64,000 bases of DNA from Acidimicrobiales bacterium (GCA_965209115.1 CBDBQD010000002.1:1223890-1287889); one strand, 5' to 3'; shown: positions 1 through 9,373, numbered from the stretch's first letter. Numbers and translations are program-made. Notes: generated by a model not told the origin, from the sequence alone.

Positions 1-683
1 GGGTACTGGTCTCGCTTCAGCGTCCGGTTGGCGATCGACGCCCTGCTGATCGTCTCGAAGTCCACCCCCGCGGGGTTCTCCCGCACGCCGTCGGAGATGG
101 TGAAGCTGGGCGCCACCGAGTTCACGAGGACGCCGTCGCCGCCGATCTCGCGCGCCAGCGCCTTGGTCATCGCCAGCACCGCGCCCTTGCTGGCCACGTA
201 GTGCAGCAGGAACGGTACGCCGCGGAAGATCGTGCCGGAGGTGATGTTCACGATGCGCCCACCGCCCTGGCGGCGCATGTGCGGAACGACGGCGCGAGTG
301 GCCAGGAACGTGCCGATGACGTTCACCTCATAGACCTGTCGCCATTCCTCGACGGAAATCTCCTCGAAGGGCTGCATCGACAGGGACGTGTAGATGCCGG
401 CGTTGTTGACGAGGATGTCGATGCGCCCGGTGGCCTCGAGGGCTGCGTCCACCATGGCGTCGACGTCGCCGGGATCCGACACGTCGGCGGTCACCCCGAT
501 GCCATCCGGATACCTGGTGGCGGCCTCCTGCGCCCCGGCCAGGTCGGCGATCACGAGGCGGGCGCCCGCGCGGGCCAACCCGTCGGCGATGCCGCGGCCG
601 ATGCCTTTGGCGCCGCCGGTCACGATGGCGGTCCGGCCCGCCAGCGAGAAGTCTTCGTTGCTGGGTGTCACGAGTTCCGGCAT
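1..683 (-). CDS. short-chain dehydrogenase/reductase (SDR), partial; 3' end lies beyond window start
   Basis: Absent from the ORF track because it is open at the window edge. Reverse translation from ATG 683-681 reads MPELVTPSNEDFSLAGRTAIVTGGAKGIGRGIADGL. It carries the TGGxxGIG Rossmann motif, NNAG and a YVASK (YxxxK) catalytic motif. ORF 201..956(+) is its antisense shadow. Confidence 0.85.
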   Translation of the reverse strand, partial: MPELVTPSNEDFSLAGRTAIVTGGAKGIGRGIADGLARAGARLVIADLAGAQEAATRYPDGIGVTADVSDPGDVDAMVDAALEATGRIDILVNNAGIYTSLSMQPFEEISVEEWRQVYEVNVIGTFLATRAVVPHMRRQGGGRIVNITSGTIFRGVPFLLHYVASKGAVLAMTKALAREIGGDGVLVNSVAPSFTISDGVRENPAGVDFETISRASIANRTLKRDQY

Positions 684-703
684 GTGGCTGTCCTCCGGGG
701 CGC

Positions 704-1018
704 TCATTGGATCGGCGAGAAGGCGGTGGGCACCAGGACCCGGTTCTGCTGGGTGTGTACCAGCGGGTGCAGCTTGGGCAGGAAGGCCTGCCAGCGCTCG
801 TCGGCGGCCAGCGCCGCCCGCCGCTGCTCCCGGTCGGCGAAGTTCTCGTACCCCCACATCGCGCAGATCGACGAGAGGGCGCCGATCTCGACGGTGAACC
901 AGCCGATGAGATTCCCGAGGACCTCCTTCTGGATGATGATCCCCTCGGTCTCGTAGAGCCGCAGGACCTCCTTCAGCTTCCCGGTGTAGATGTGGTAGTC
1001 GCGCTGCTCGACGATCAT
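704..1018 (-). CDS. NIPSNAP-family small alpha/beta-barrel protein
   Basis: 104-aa ORF, MIVEQRDYHIYTGKLKEVLRLYE...AMWGYENFADRE, matching the pattern typical of NIPSNAP domains. Sits between the SDR and the nucleoside hydrolase on the same strand. Confidence 0.6.
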   Translation of the reverse strand: MIVEQRDYHIYTGKLKEVLRLYETEGIIIQKEVLGNLIGWFTVEIGALSSICAMWGYENFADREQRRAALAADERWQAFLPKLHPLVHTQQNRVLVPTAFSPIQ

Positions 1019-1085
1019 CGCTCTCCTCGCTTCGAAGGTGGAGAATCGATGGTAGTCGTGGCGCCGCTCCGGACGAGCCGGCTGC

Positions 1086-2036
1086 CTAGGTCCCGGCCGG
1101 GAGATTCATCAGCCGCTCGCGGATGAGGGCGTAGAAGCCGTCGCTGTCCACCTCGCTGATCCAGAGGCAGTTCGGCTCTCGCTCCAAGCGATGCCAGTAG
1201 TCCACGACCGTCATGCCCATGGTGATCTCGGAGTGCGTCTCGACCTCGACGGACACGTCCTTGCCCCCGTAGAGCTCGGGCCGCAGCAGGTAGGCGATCG
1301 TGGCGGGGTCGTGCAGCGGGCCGCCCCGCTCGCCGTAGCGCTTCATGTCGTAGCGCCCGTAGAACGACATCATGGCGGCGGCCTTGAGCCCGACGTCGCT
1401 GCCGAGTGTCCGCACCGAGCTGATCCACTCCGGACTCATCAGCGCCTTGTGCGTGACGTCCAGGGGCATGGTCACGATCGGCACCCCGCTGCGGTACATG
1501 ACGGCGGCGGCGTGCGGGTCCACGTACACGTTGAACTCCGCGGCCGGCGTGGTGTTGCCCCCGACGAAGTAGCCGCCGCCCATGGTCACGATCTGGCCGA
1601 TCTTCGGGACGATGCGGGGCTCGCGGACCATGGCCATGGCAACGTTGGTGATCGGCCCCACGGGGCAGAGAGTGATCTCGCCGTCCTCGGACGCCATGAG
1701 CACCTCGACGAGCCAGTCGACGGCGTGGGTGTCCTGCACCGGCATGGTGGGTTCGTCCCAGTCGGGACCGTCGAGGCCGGTCTCGCCGTGCACCATCTCA
1801 GCGGTTACCAGGTCGCGCACCATGGGGCGTTCGCAGCCGGCGAAGATCTGGATGTCGCGCCGTCCCGCCAGCTCGCAGACCAGCCGGGCGTTGCGGACCG
1901 TCAGCGCCAGCGGCACGTTGCCCGCAACGCATGTGATCCCCAGCACCTCCAACTCGGGGGATCCGAGGGCCAACAGGATGGCGAGGGCGTCGTCCTGGCC
2001 GGGGTCGGTGTCGATGATGATCTTTCGGGGGGTCAT
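1086..2036 (-). CDS. inosine-uridine preferring nucleoside hydrolase family protein
   Basis: 316 aa. The N-terminal IIIDTDPGQDDALAILLAL aspartate cluster (DxDxxxDD) is the hallmark of the IUNH family. Confidence 0.85.
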   Translation of the reverse strand: MTPRKIIIDTDPGQDDALAILLALGSPELEVLGITCVAGNVPLALTVRNARLVCELAGRRDIQIFAGCERPMVRDLVTAEMVHGETGLDGPDWDEPTMPVQDTHAVDWLVEVLMASEDGEITLCPVGPITNVAMAMVREPRIVPKIGQIVTMGGGYFVGGNTTPAAEFNVYVDPHAAAVMYRSGVPIVTMPLDVTHKALMSPEWISSVRTLGSDVGLKAAAMMSFYGRYDMKRYGERGGPLHDPATIAYLLRPELYGGKDVSVEVETHSEITMGMTVVDYWHRLEREPNCLWISEVDSDGFYALIRERLMNLPAGT

Positions 2037-2219
2037 GGCCGGAGGCTAGACCGCGCTCGCCGGCTCTCCGATTACCGCCGGCTTCCGGGACGCGGCGACG
2101 ATGCCCGACACGTCGCGACCCGGCGCTCGGTAGCATTTCGTGCACGCCGGCGCTGCTCGGACACGCCCCGGGGGTCAACCCAGGCGGCGTACGGACCGGC
2201 CCGAGGACTCCGGAGGGAC

Positions 2220-2894
2220 ATGGCTCCTGCACACGAGAGATTCACCCCCGAACGGCTCGCCGAACTGGGCGCGCAGATCGGCTCTTCGCTCGTCTCCGAC
2301 GCTCTCGACGGGGTCGGGCTCCGGCATCAGTCACTGGCGCCGGGATACTCGCCTCTCATCGCCGACAAGGTGCTCATGGGTTACGCCTTCCCCACGCGGC
2401 TCGAGGCCACCGATGAGATCCCGGAGGTGCCCTACGTGGGGCTGCTGGCGGGCCTCGACGCCATCGGGCCTGGCGAGGTCTGGGTCGGTGCGACCGGCGG
2501 GTTCCGGGACGCGGCGCTCTGGGGCGAACTGCTCTCCACGGCGTGCATGGCGTCAGGCGCCGTCGGGGCGCTGCTCGACGGATACATCCGCGATCGCGAC
2601 GTCATCCGCAGCCTCGGGTTCCCGGTGCTGTCCCGCGGGGCGGACCCGCGCGACATCAACGGCAGGGGAGAGGTGGTGGCCCGCAACGTGACCGTCGAGG
2701 TGGATGGCGTCACCGTCAGACCCGGAGACCTCGTCGTGGGTGACGACGACGGTGTGGTGATCGTGCCCGAAGAGGTGATCGACGAGGTCGTCGGCGTCGC
2801 CGTGGAGAAGACGTCCAGCGAGAGCCAGTTCCGCCAAGCCGTGCGCGAGGGCGTGCCGCCCGGTGAGGCCTTCAAGCGATTCGGCGTCCTCTGA
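2220..2894 (+). CDS. RraA-family protein (RNase E regulator / 4-hydroxy-4-methyl-2-oxoglutarate aldolase family)
   Basis: Only the last 224 aa of ORF 1191..2894 look real: MAPAHERFTPERLAELGA...GELLSTACMASGAVGALLDGYIRD...GDLVVGDDDGVVIVP. The upstream part of that ORF is antisense to the hydrolase gene. Confidence 0.7.
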   Translation: MAPAHERFTPERLAELGAQIGSSLVSDALDGVGLRHQSLAPGYSPLIADKVLMGYAFPTRLEATDEIPEVPYVGLLAGLDAIGPGEVWVGATGGFRDAALWGELLSTACMASGAVGALLDGYIRDRDVIRSLGFPVLSRGADPRDINGRGEVVARNVTVEVDGVTVRPGDLVVGDDDGVVIVPEEVIDEVVGVAVEKTSSESQFRQAVREGVPPGEAFKRFGVL

Positions 2895-2934
2895 AAAGCC
2901 GACGCGGAGATCCGAAGAGGAAAGGGAGAGAGCA

Positions 2935-3657
2935 ATGGCCGTGCACATTGGGGACCACACCGCCCTGGTCACAGGCGCTGCCAGCGGGATCGGCCGGGCC
3001 TGCGCCAAGCGCCTCGCCGAAGAGGGCGTGAACGTGGCCGCGGTCGATCTGCAGGTGGACGAACTCCAAGAGATCGCCGGGGACGTGGGCAGCGTCCATG
3101 CGCTGGACGTCACCGACTTTGATGCCGTGCAGGCTGCGGTGGCCGAGATCGGTCATGTCGACATAGTGGTCAACAGCGCCGGCATCATCGGTCCGCAGTT
3201 ACCCATCTGGGAGGTGCCCCTGGAGGGATGGGAACGGACGCTGGCCGTGAATCTCACCGGGACGTTCAACACCATCAAGGCCACGATGGCCGGCATGCGT
3301 GAGCGCGGCTGGGGTCGCATCGTGAACATCGCCAGCATCGCCGGCAAGGAGGGCAACCCGAACATGGTGGCCTATTCGGCCAGCAAGGCCGCCGTGATCG
3401 GCCTCACCAAGTCGGTCGGCAAGGAGGCCTGCACCGACGGTGTGCTCGTGAACGCGATAGCGCCGGCGGTCATTTCCACGCCCATGAATGCCGACACGGA
3501 GCCCGAGGTCCTGGAATACATGCTCTCCAAGATCCCCATGAGGCGCCTCGGCCTGGTCGACGAGGTGGCCGAATTGGTGTCGTGGCTGGCATCGGACTCC
3601 TGCAGCTTCTCGACGGCTGCCGTCTACGACATCTCCGGCGGTCGCGCCACCTACTAG
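2935..3657 (+). CDS. SDR-family oxidoreductase (FabG-like)
   Basis: Start at ATG 2935, preceded by the purine-rich gaggaaagggagag. Motifs: TGAASGIGRA, NSAG, YSASKAAV (YxxxK). Confidence 0.85.
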   Translation: MAVHIGDHTALVTGAASGIGRACAKRLAEEGVNVAAVDLQVDELQEIAGDVGSVHALDVTDFDAVQAAVAEIGHVDIVVNSAGIIGPQLPIWEVPLEGWERTLAVNLTGTFNTIKATMAGMRERGWGRIVNIASIAGKEGNPNMVAYSASKAAVIGLTKSVGKEACTDGVLVNAIAPAVISTPMNADTEPEVLEYMLSKIPMRRLGLVDEVAELVSWLASDSCSFSTAAVYDISGGRATY

Positions 3658-3675
3658 CCGGTCAGGGGCACTCCA

Positions 3676-3987
3676 ATGGCCGGCTTCGTCGCCCCCATCG
3701 TCATCTGCGGGGCGCTACTCGTCCTGCACGTCATCTCCTATGCTGCATACCACGCCGATCGGTACGGTGCCGACGCCAACCTCGGCGAGATCCTGATGGT
3801 GCTCGGTCTCGCCCTGGCGCCGGGCCATCTGAGGAGCATCTGGCCGTGGCTCTACTTGCTCTACGTGCTCCCTCTAATGCTCACGCGTGAGCGGGCCGAC
3901 GGCCGGCGCTGTGCCGCCAAGTACGGCGCTCTCTGGGACCGCTACCGCGAAGAGGTCCCTTACCGGATCATTCCCCGCATCTACTGA
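3676..3987 (+). CDS. small membrane protein resembling only the C-terminal end of the ERG4/ERG24 sterol-reductase / DUF1295 superfamily
   Basis: 103 aa. The hydrophobic N-terminal half is followed by LTRERADGRRCAAKYGALWDRYREEVPYRIIPRIY, which matches the conserved C-terminal signature of that family. The remainder of a full-length enzyme is missing. Confidence 0.5.
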   Translation: MAGFVAPIVICGALLVLHVISYAAYHADRYGADANLGEILMVLGLALAPGHLRSIWPWLYLLYVLPLMLTRERADGRRCAAKYGALWDRYREEVPYRIIPRIY

Positions 3988-4008
3988 GAGTCATGTCGGC
4001 GCGCCTCG

Positions 4009-4046
4009 CTGCGGCCGGGGGCACGCCGTTGTGACCCCGGCCGCAG
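4009..4046. terminator. GC-rich hairpin between convergent genes
   Basis: ctgcggccgggg (4009-4020) is the perfect reverse complement of ccccggccgcag (4035-4046), giving a 12-bp stem with a 14-nt loop. Confidence 0.45.
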
Positions 4047-4065
4047 AGGGTCGAGAGCCTCGGGG

Positions 4066-4480
4066 CTAGCCCTTGGCCTCGGTGAATGCGTCGGAGTAGT
4101 TCACTGAGTAGCCGAGGTACTTCAGCGCCGCGCCGATGGTCTCGCGGGGATCGTTCAGCAGCGAGATCTACCCGGAGTACTCATCCGCGATGGCGGGGTC
4201 GAAGATCAGTCCCCAGGTGCGCGGGACGTCATCGCCCACGACGGCGGTGTCCACGACGATGCCGGTGGTTCCCCAGACGTACACCGGCAGCGTCGTGGCG
4301 CCGGGTCCGGGGGCGAACTGGGTAACGACGTCGTCGAGCGAGAGGGTGAGAGCCAGCAGCGCGCCACCGGCGACGCCCGGTGCGATCTGGGGCAGCGTGA
4401 CGTGGCGGAACGCCTTCCAGCGGCTGGCGTAGAGGTCCATCGCCGCCTCCTCCAGCCACGAGGCCAAGGATTCCCAGGTG
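4066..4480 (-). pseudogene. remnant of a polyamine-type ABC transporter: permease C-terminus fused to a substrate-binding-protein fragment, with an in-frame stop
   Basis: Reverse translation gives ...SWLEEAAMDLYASRWKAFRHVTLPQIAPGVAGGALLALTLSLDDVVTQFAPGPGATTLPVYVWG, a PotB/PotC-like permease end. It runs directly into ...DVPRTWGLIFDPAIADEYSG*ISLLNDPRETIGAALKYLGYSVNYSDAFTEAKG*, which is PotD/PotF-like and has an internal TAG at about 4168-4170. Confidence 0.65.
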
Positions 4481-4529
4481 TGTCGTAGGGGTTGCGTAGG
4501 CTGTCGGCAGGGATCGATGAGGAGGGTGT

Positions 4530-5567
4530 GTGCCAACGACCGAGGATGGTGCGACGGGTATCTGGACAGTATTTCGCGGTGATGCCCTGGACGCCTATGA
4601 CGCTTGGCCGGCACCGACGGTGATTGTTTCCGACGGCGCCTACGGGATCGGGGGCTTTCCGAGCGATCCGCGCACCCCCGACGAACTCGGCGAGTGGTAC
4701 GAGCCCCACGTCGAGGCGTGGTCGAAGCACGCACATCCCGCGACGACGCTGTGGTTCTGGAACACCGAGGTGGGCTGGGCGACGGTTCACCCGCTCCTGT
4801 TGGATCGCGGCTGGACGTACGTCCAGTCGATTGTGTGGGACAAGGGTCTTGGTCACATCGCCGGCAACGTGAACGGGGAGACCATCCGCCGTTTCCCGGT
4901 GGTGACGGAACTGTGCGCTCTCTACCGCCGCCGGCTGGAGTTCGCCACGCCGGACGGCACCATGGGGGCGAAGCAGTGGCTGCGCTACGAGTGGCAGCGG
5001 TCAGGCCTGCCGCTCAGCGCCGCCAACAAGGCCTGCGGCGTGGCCAATGCGGCTACCCGCAAGTATCTGACGCAGGACTGGCTGTGGTACTTCCCGCCGC
5101 CGGAGATGATGGAGCGGCTCGTCGGCTACGCCAACTTGCACGGAGACCCGGCGGGGGTTCCCTATTTCTCCCTCGACGGCAGAGCAGGTGTGACCGCCGC
5201 CGAGTGGGCGGCGCTCCGCGGCCGCTGGAACCACGAGCACGGTCTCACCAACGTGTGGTCGGCGCCGCCCCTCAACGGGCAGGAGCGCTACAAGGGCAAC
5301 GGCGTGCGGTCGGCGCCGCGCGTGTACCGCCCGGGGCGCAACGCGGCCGTCCACCTGAACCAGAAACCGCTGGAATTCATGAGGCGGATCGTCGCGGCCT
5401 CCAGCGACCCGGGCGACGTTGTCTGGGAGCCCTTTGGAGGGCTCTGCACGGCGGCGGCGGCGGCGGTTGAGCTCGGGCGGATCGGGTACGCCGCGGAGAC
5501 CGTGGCGCACTTCGCCGACCTCGCGGAGCAGCGCCTCCGGGCAGGTCTCGTCTCGACGGTCAATTGA
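4530..5567 (+). CDS. site-specific DNA methyltransferase, N4/N6 family (beta-class motif order)
   Basis: 345 aa, GTG start preceded by gaggaggg. An N-terminal VSDGAYG occupies the position of the DPPY-type catalytic motif. C-terminal NQKPLEFMRRIV and VWEPFGGLCT (FxGxG SAM motif) follow it. Confidence 0.8.
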   Translation: MPTTEDGATGIWTVFRGDALDAYDAWPAPTVIVSDGAYGIGGFPSDPRTPDELGEWYEPHVEAWSKHAHPATTLWFWNTEVGWATVHPLLLDRGWTYVQSIVWDKGLGHIAGNVNGETIRRFPVVTELCALYRRRLEFATPDGTMGAKQWLRYEWQRSGLPLSAANKACGVANAATRKYLTQDWLWYFPPPEMMERLVGYANLHGDPAGVPYFSLDGRAGVTAAEWAALRGRWNHEHGLTNVWSAPPLNGQERYKGNGVRSAPRVYRPGRNAAVHLNQKPLEFMRRIVAASSDPGDVVWEPFGGLCTAAAAAVELGRIGYAAETVAHFADLAEQRLRAGLVSTVN

Positions 5568-5583
5568 TCGCAGATCGAGTCCT

Positions 5584-5880
5584 GTGACATCCACTCCTGA
5601 GTCTCCTGCTCCGTCCGCGCCGGATCGCGATGATCGCCGCACTCGCCTGATGGAACGCGTGCGGGAGGCCGTCCTGGCCCTACCCGGATACTTCGACTCG
5701 CACACCAACATCGAAGGTGTCGCCGCTACTGACTTGTTCGCGTTGAACACGGTGCTCGGGGCCACGATTGAAGTGCAGGTCGTCCAAACGCTGAACCGGA
5801 TGCGCGACGTGTGGGACCCGGAGGACGAATGGCCTCTCCATGTGTTCGAAAGACAGGCGCAGACATTCCCGGACGTCATC
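5584..5880 (+). pseudogene. possible truncated type II restriction endonuclease remnant
   Basis: The frame directly after the MTase reads MERVREAVLALPGYFDSHTNIEGVAATDLFALNTVLGATIEVQVVQTLNRMRDVWDPEDEWPLHVFERQAQTFPDVIL. It ends in a PD-like motif exactly where the convergent cupin gene stops (5882). The rest of ORF 5419..5982 is antisense to cupin. The family assignment is inference only. Confidence 0.35.
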
Positions 5881-5881
5881 C

Positions 5882-6289
5882 TCAGCGCTCGACGTGCAGC
5901 GAGGATCCCAACTCGCCGAGCACCAGGTCCCGGTCGAAGTCCGGGACATGGTCGCGAGGCACGGGAGCCAGGGCCTCGATGAACGTGCAGCCCGTCTCGG
6001 AGTACAACTCGTGGGGGACGCGGCGGTTCATGACGGCCACGTCGCCGGCGACCAGGTGGCGCTGCTCGTCACCGATCGTGAGCGTCATCTCACCCTCGGT
6101 CAGAACCACGATCTGCTCTGTGTGGTCGTGGTGGTGGCGCTCGACCGTCGTGCCGGGTTCGTAGGTTACCCGGCAGAGGAGCACCTGCTCGCCGCCGATG
6201 GCGTGCAGGTGCACACCGGGGAAGAACTCGAGGGGCTCCACGCCGTTCCAGGTGCGGAACGGCGAAGCGGCGTCGTCGTCGTTGTTCAT
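5882..6289 (-). CDS. cupin-domain protein
   Basis: 135 aa with the cupin metal motif region TVERHHHDHTEQIVVLTEGEMTL. Confidence 0.75.
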   Translation of the reverse strand: MNNDDDAASPFRTWNGVEPLEFFPGVHLHAIGGEQVLLCRVTYEPGTTVERHHHDHTEQIVVLTEGEMTLTIGDEQRHLVAGDVAVMNRRVPHELYSETGCTFIEALAPVPRDHVPDFDRDLVLGELGSSLHVER

Positions 6290-6313
6290 CGGCTGCGGCA
6301 GGTTGCGGGACCC

Positions 6314-7417
6314 TCAGACCTCCGGCGTCCAGCTCAGGCCGGTGCCGACGGTGTTGATGGATATCTCATCGTCGAAGATCACGTGCTTGCCCTCGCGCCG
6401 CGGCCCACCGCCGGCATCGCGGGCGTCGAGGGCCCGCAGCACGCGTTCGGGGGTGATGGGCAACTCCGTCACCCAGACTCCCACGGCGTCGTACACCGCG
6501 GTGGCGATGGCGGCGGGCTGGGCGTTGTTGGACATCTCGCCGATGCCCTTGGCGCCGTAGGGCCCGTCTGCCGACGGGTTCTCGATGATGATGTTGTGCA
6601 ACTCCGGCAGGTCTGCGCTGGACGGGTTGTAGTAGCTGCCGAAGTCGGCGCCGCGGTGCTCGGCCGACGGGTAGTACGGGTAGCTGTCCTCCAGCACCCC
6701 CAAGCCGAGACCCATGATTGCGCCACCCTCGATCTGGCCCTCCACGAGCGCCGGGTTGATGGCCTTGCCCACGTCATAGGCCTGGGTCAGATTCACGACC
6801 CGCACCTCGCCGGTCTCGTCGTTCACCTCCACCTCCGCCGCGCAGGCGGCGTAGGAGATGGCGGCGTGCGGCACGCCGTCCACCTCGCCGGTGGTCGGAT
6901 CGGAGATGGCGGCGTAGGGATTCAGCTGAGCGCCGGTGCCCGTGATGAGCTCCCCGTGGCCCCACGTGGCGGCGGCCGCCACGTCGCCGACGCTCAGCTT
7001 CTTGGTCGGAGCGCCCTTGGCCATCACCTCGCCGTCGTCGATCTCCAGGTCCTCGGGGCTGATCTCCATCTCCTGGCCGGCCACCTCCAGGATGCGCTCC
7101 CGGACGCGCTGGGCGGCCTTCAACACGGCCTTGCCGGCCACGAAGGTGGCGCGTGAGGCGAAGGTGCCGGTGCACACCGGCGAGGAGTCCGTGTTGGAGT
7201 TGTCATAGGTGACCCAGTCGTAGGGCACCCCGATGGTGTCGGCCACGATCTGTGTCTGGATGGTCTTCGAGCCGTTGCCGATGTCCGACGTGCCGCTGAA
7301 CACGTCGACGCGGCCGTCGGGCTTCACCTTGATCCAGGCCTGCGACGGGTCGCCGTTCTGGTTCATGCCGGTGGGGTACTCGATGGACGCGATGCCGCGT
7401 CCGTTGTGGATGGCCAT
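6314..7417 (-). CDS. molybdopterin-dependent hydroxylase large subunit, C-terminal part (xanthine dehydrogenase/aldehyde oxidase family)
   Basis: The real start is MAIHNGRGIASIEYPTGMNQNGD at ATG 7417-7415; the N-terminal part of ORF 6314..7978 is out-of-frame overlap. The family-typical sequence YGAKGIGEMSNNAQPAAIATAVYDAVG is near the C-terminus. The ATG overlaps the upstream TGA (TGATG). Confidence 0.85.
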   Translation of the reverse strand: MAIHNGRGIASIEYPTGMNQNGDPSQAWIKVKPDGRVDVFSGTSDIGNGSKTIQTQIVADTIGVPYDWVTYDNSNTDSSPVCTGTFASRATFVAGKAVLKAAQRVRERILEVAGQEMEISPEDLEIDDGEVMAKGAPTKKLSVGDVAAAATWGHGELITGTGAQLNPYAAISDPTTGEVDGVPHAAISYAACAAEVEVNDETGEVRVVNLTQAYDVGKAINPALVEGQIEGGAIMGLGLGVLEDSYPYYPSAEHRGADFGSYYNPSSADLPELHNIIIENPSADGPYGAKGIGEMSNNAQPAAIATAVYDAVGVWVTELPITPERVLRALDARDAGGGPRREGKHVIFDDEISINTVGTGLSWTPEV

Positions 7418-8787
7418 CAGTGATCCTCCGAGTGGCTGAGTTGGCCGACGAGGTGCTCGGGCAGCCATTCGCCCGAGCGCATCTCGCGGGTGGCGTCGCT
7501 GTAGGGCGCCGCCAGTTCGGTATCGGTGGCGCCGGCGATGGCGTGCAGCACGTCCACCGTCGACGGGTCCATGTAGCGGATGCCGTTCGGCGAGGTGTCG
7601 CCGATGCGGTTCGCGTTCTTGAGTCGCAACTCGTACGGGTCTACCCCCAACTCTTCGGCGATGCGGCTCATGTGGGTCTCCACCGCGAACGACACCGAGG
7701 TCACCCCGTAACCCCGCATGGCCGAGGTGGGCACCCTGTTGGTGAAGCACACGTAGCCGTCGAAGTGCAGGTTGGGGATGGTGTAGGCGCCGGTGTGGTG
7801 GAAGCTGTGCTTGGTGACGCCGTAGGGCGAGAAGCGGGCATACCCCCCGGAGTCGTGCAGCGTGAGCATCTTGCGGCCCAGTATCCAGCCGTCGCTGGTC
7901 ACGCCGTCGATGATCTCCATGTGCCACGGCGCCCGCGTGCTGGAGCACAGGAACTCCTCCTCGCGGGTCCAGCGCCACTTCACAGGGCGACCGGACTTCT
8001 GGGCCAGCAACGTGCAGAGCGTCTCGGTGGCGGTGTCCACCTTGCCGCCGAAGCCGCCACCCACGGTGCCGCCCACGAACTTGAACTTGTTGAGCGGCAT
8101 CTGCAGGTGCGCCGCCACGACCCCCATGGAGAAATAGAGCGCCTGGGTGCAGGAGTAGATGGTGAAGCGCCCGTCGGGCTCGGGCACCGACAGGCCCACC
8201 TGGGTCTCGAGGGGCATCTGCTCGATGGCCGCGGGGCGGTAGACGCCCTGGATGATCCTGTCGGCCTGCTCGAAGGCCTGCTCGACGTTCCCCTTGCGGA
8301 TCTGCCGGACGTTCATCTCGCCCTCGAAGTGGGGGTAGATCGTGCCCCAGTGGTGGACCTGCGGGGCGTCGGCGTCGAAGGACTTGCGCATGTCGAACAG
8401 CGCCGGCAGTTCCTCGAACTCGATGTCGATGGCGTCCACCGCGGCCTGCGCCGCGTCGGTGTCCTCGGCGGCCACGACGGCGATGGGCTGACCCTTGTAG
8501 CGGACGTCCTCCTTCGCGAGCAGCGGCTCATCGGCGGGGATCCCGAGTGCCGACAGGTGCCCGTACACCAGCAGCGGCACGTCGGCGTGGGTGACGATGG
8601 CCGCCACGCCGGGCATCTGCTCGGCCCGAGACGTGTCGAGCCGCTTGATGGCGGCGTGGTGGTAGGGCGAGCGCAGCGCCTTGACCTGCAGCATGCCGTT
8701 CACTCGGACGTCGTCCACGTAGACGGTGCGGCCGGTGGCGTGGCCGACGCCGTCGTAGCGGGGTAGACGTGCTCCTACTGCTTTCAT
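7417..8787 (-). CDS. molybdopterin-dependent hydroxylase large subunit, N-terminal part
   Basis: 456 aa with the VGGGFGGKVD motif and an N-terminal MKAVGARLPRYDGVGHATGRTVYVDD typical of the a/b-hammerhead domain. Confidence 0.85.
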   Translation of the reverse strand: MKAVGARLPRYDGVGHATGRTVYVDDVRVNGMLQVKALRSPYHHAAIKRLDTSRAEQMPGVAAIVTHADVPLLVYGHLSALGIPADEPLLAKEDVRYKGQPIAVVAAEDTDAAQAAVDAIDIEFEELPALFDMRKSFDADAPQVHHWGTIYPHFEGEMNVRQIRKGNVEQAFEQADRIIQGVYRPAAIEQMPLETQVGLSVPEPDGRFTIYSCTQALYFSMGVVAAHLQMPLNKFKFVGGTVGGGFGGKVDTATETLCTLLAQKSGRPVKWRWTREEEFLCSSTRAPWHMEIIDGVTSDGWILGRKMLTLHDSGGYARFSPYGVTKHSFHHTGAYTIPNLHFDGYVCFTNRVPTSAMRGYGVTSVSFAVETHMSRIAEELGVDPYELRLKNANRIGDTSPNGIRYMDPSTVDVLHAIAGATDTELAAPYSDATREMRSGEWLPEHLVGQLSHSEDH

Positions 8788-8872
8788 GTCGTGCCCCTCG
8801 CCTTCGGTAGCGGGATCTTGTTGTCTTGTGGCGGCCGAACCGCCGGTGGCGGTCGTCCGTCTCTCGGAGCGG

Positions 8873-9369
<497 letters not shown>

Positions 9370-9373
<4 letters not shown>

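Noticed and set aside
1191-2894. 567-aa ORF (and similarly 9622..11271, 21231..22955, 44886..47924, 57580..58392, 12865..14349) implying very long N-terminal extensions
   Set aside because: In each case only the C-terminal part has family motifs and an SD-supported internal start. The upstream part overlaps a well-supported gene on the other strand or in another frame.
5840-7156. 438-aa plus-strand ORF
   Set aside because: It is antisense to the cupin gene and the Mo-hydroxylase C-terminal subunit gene.
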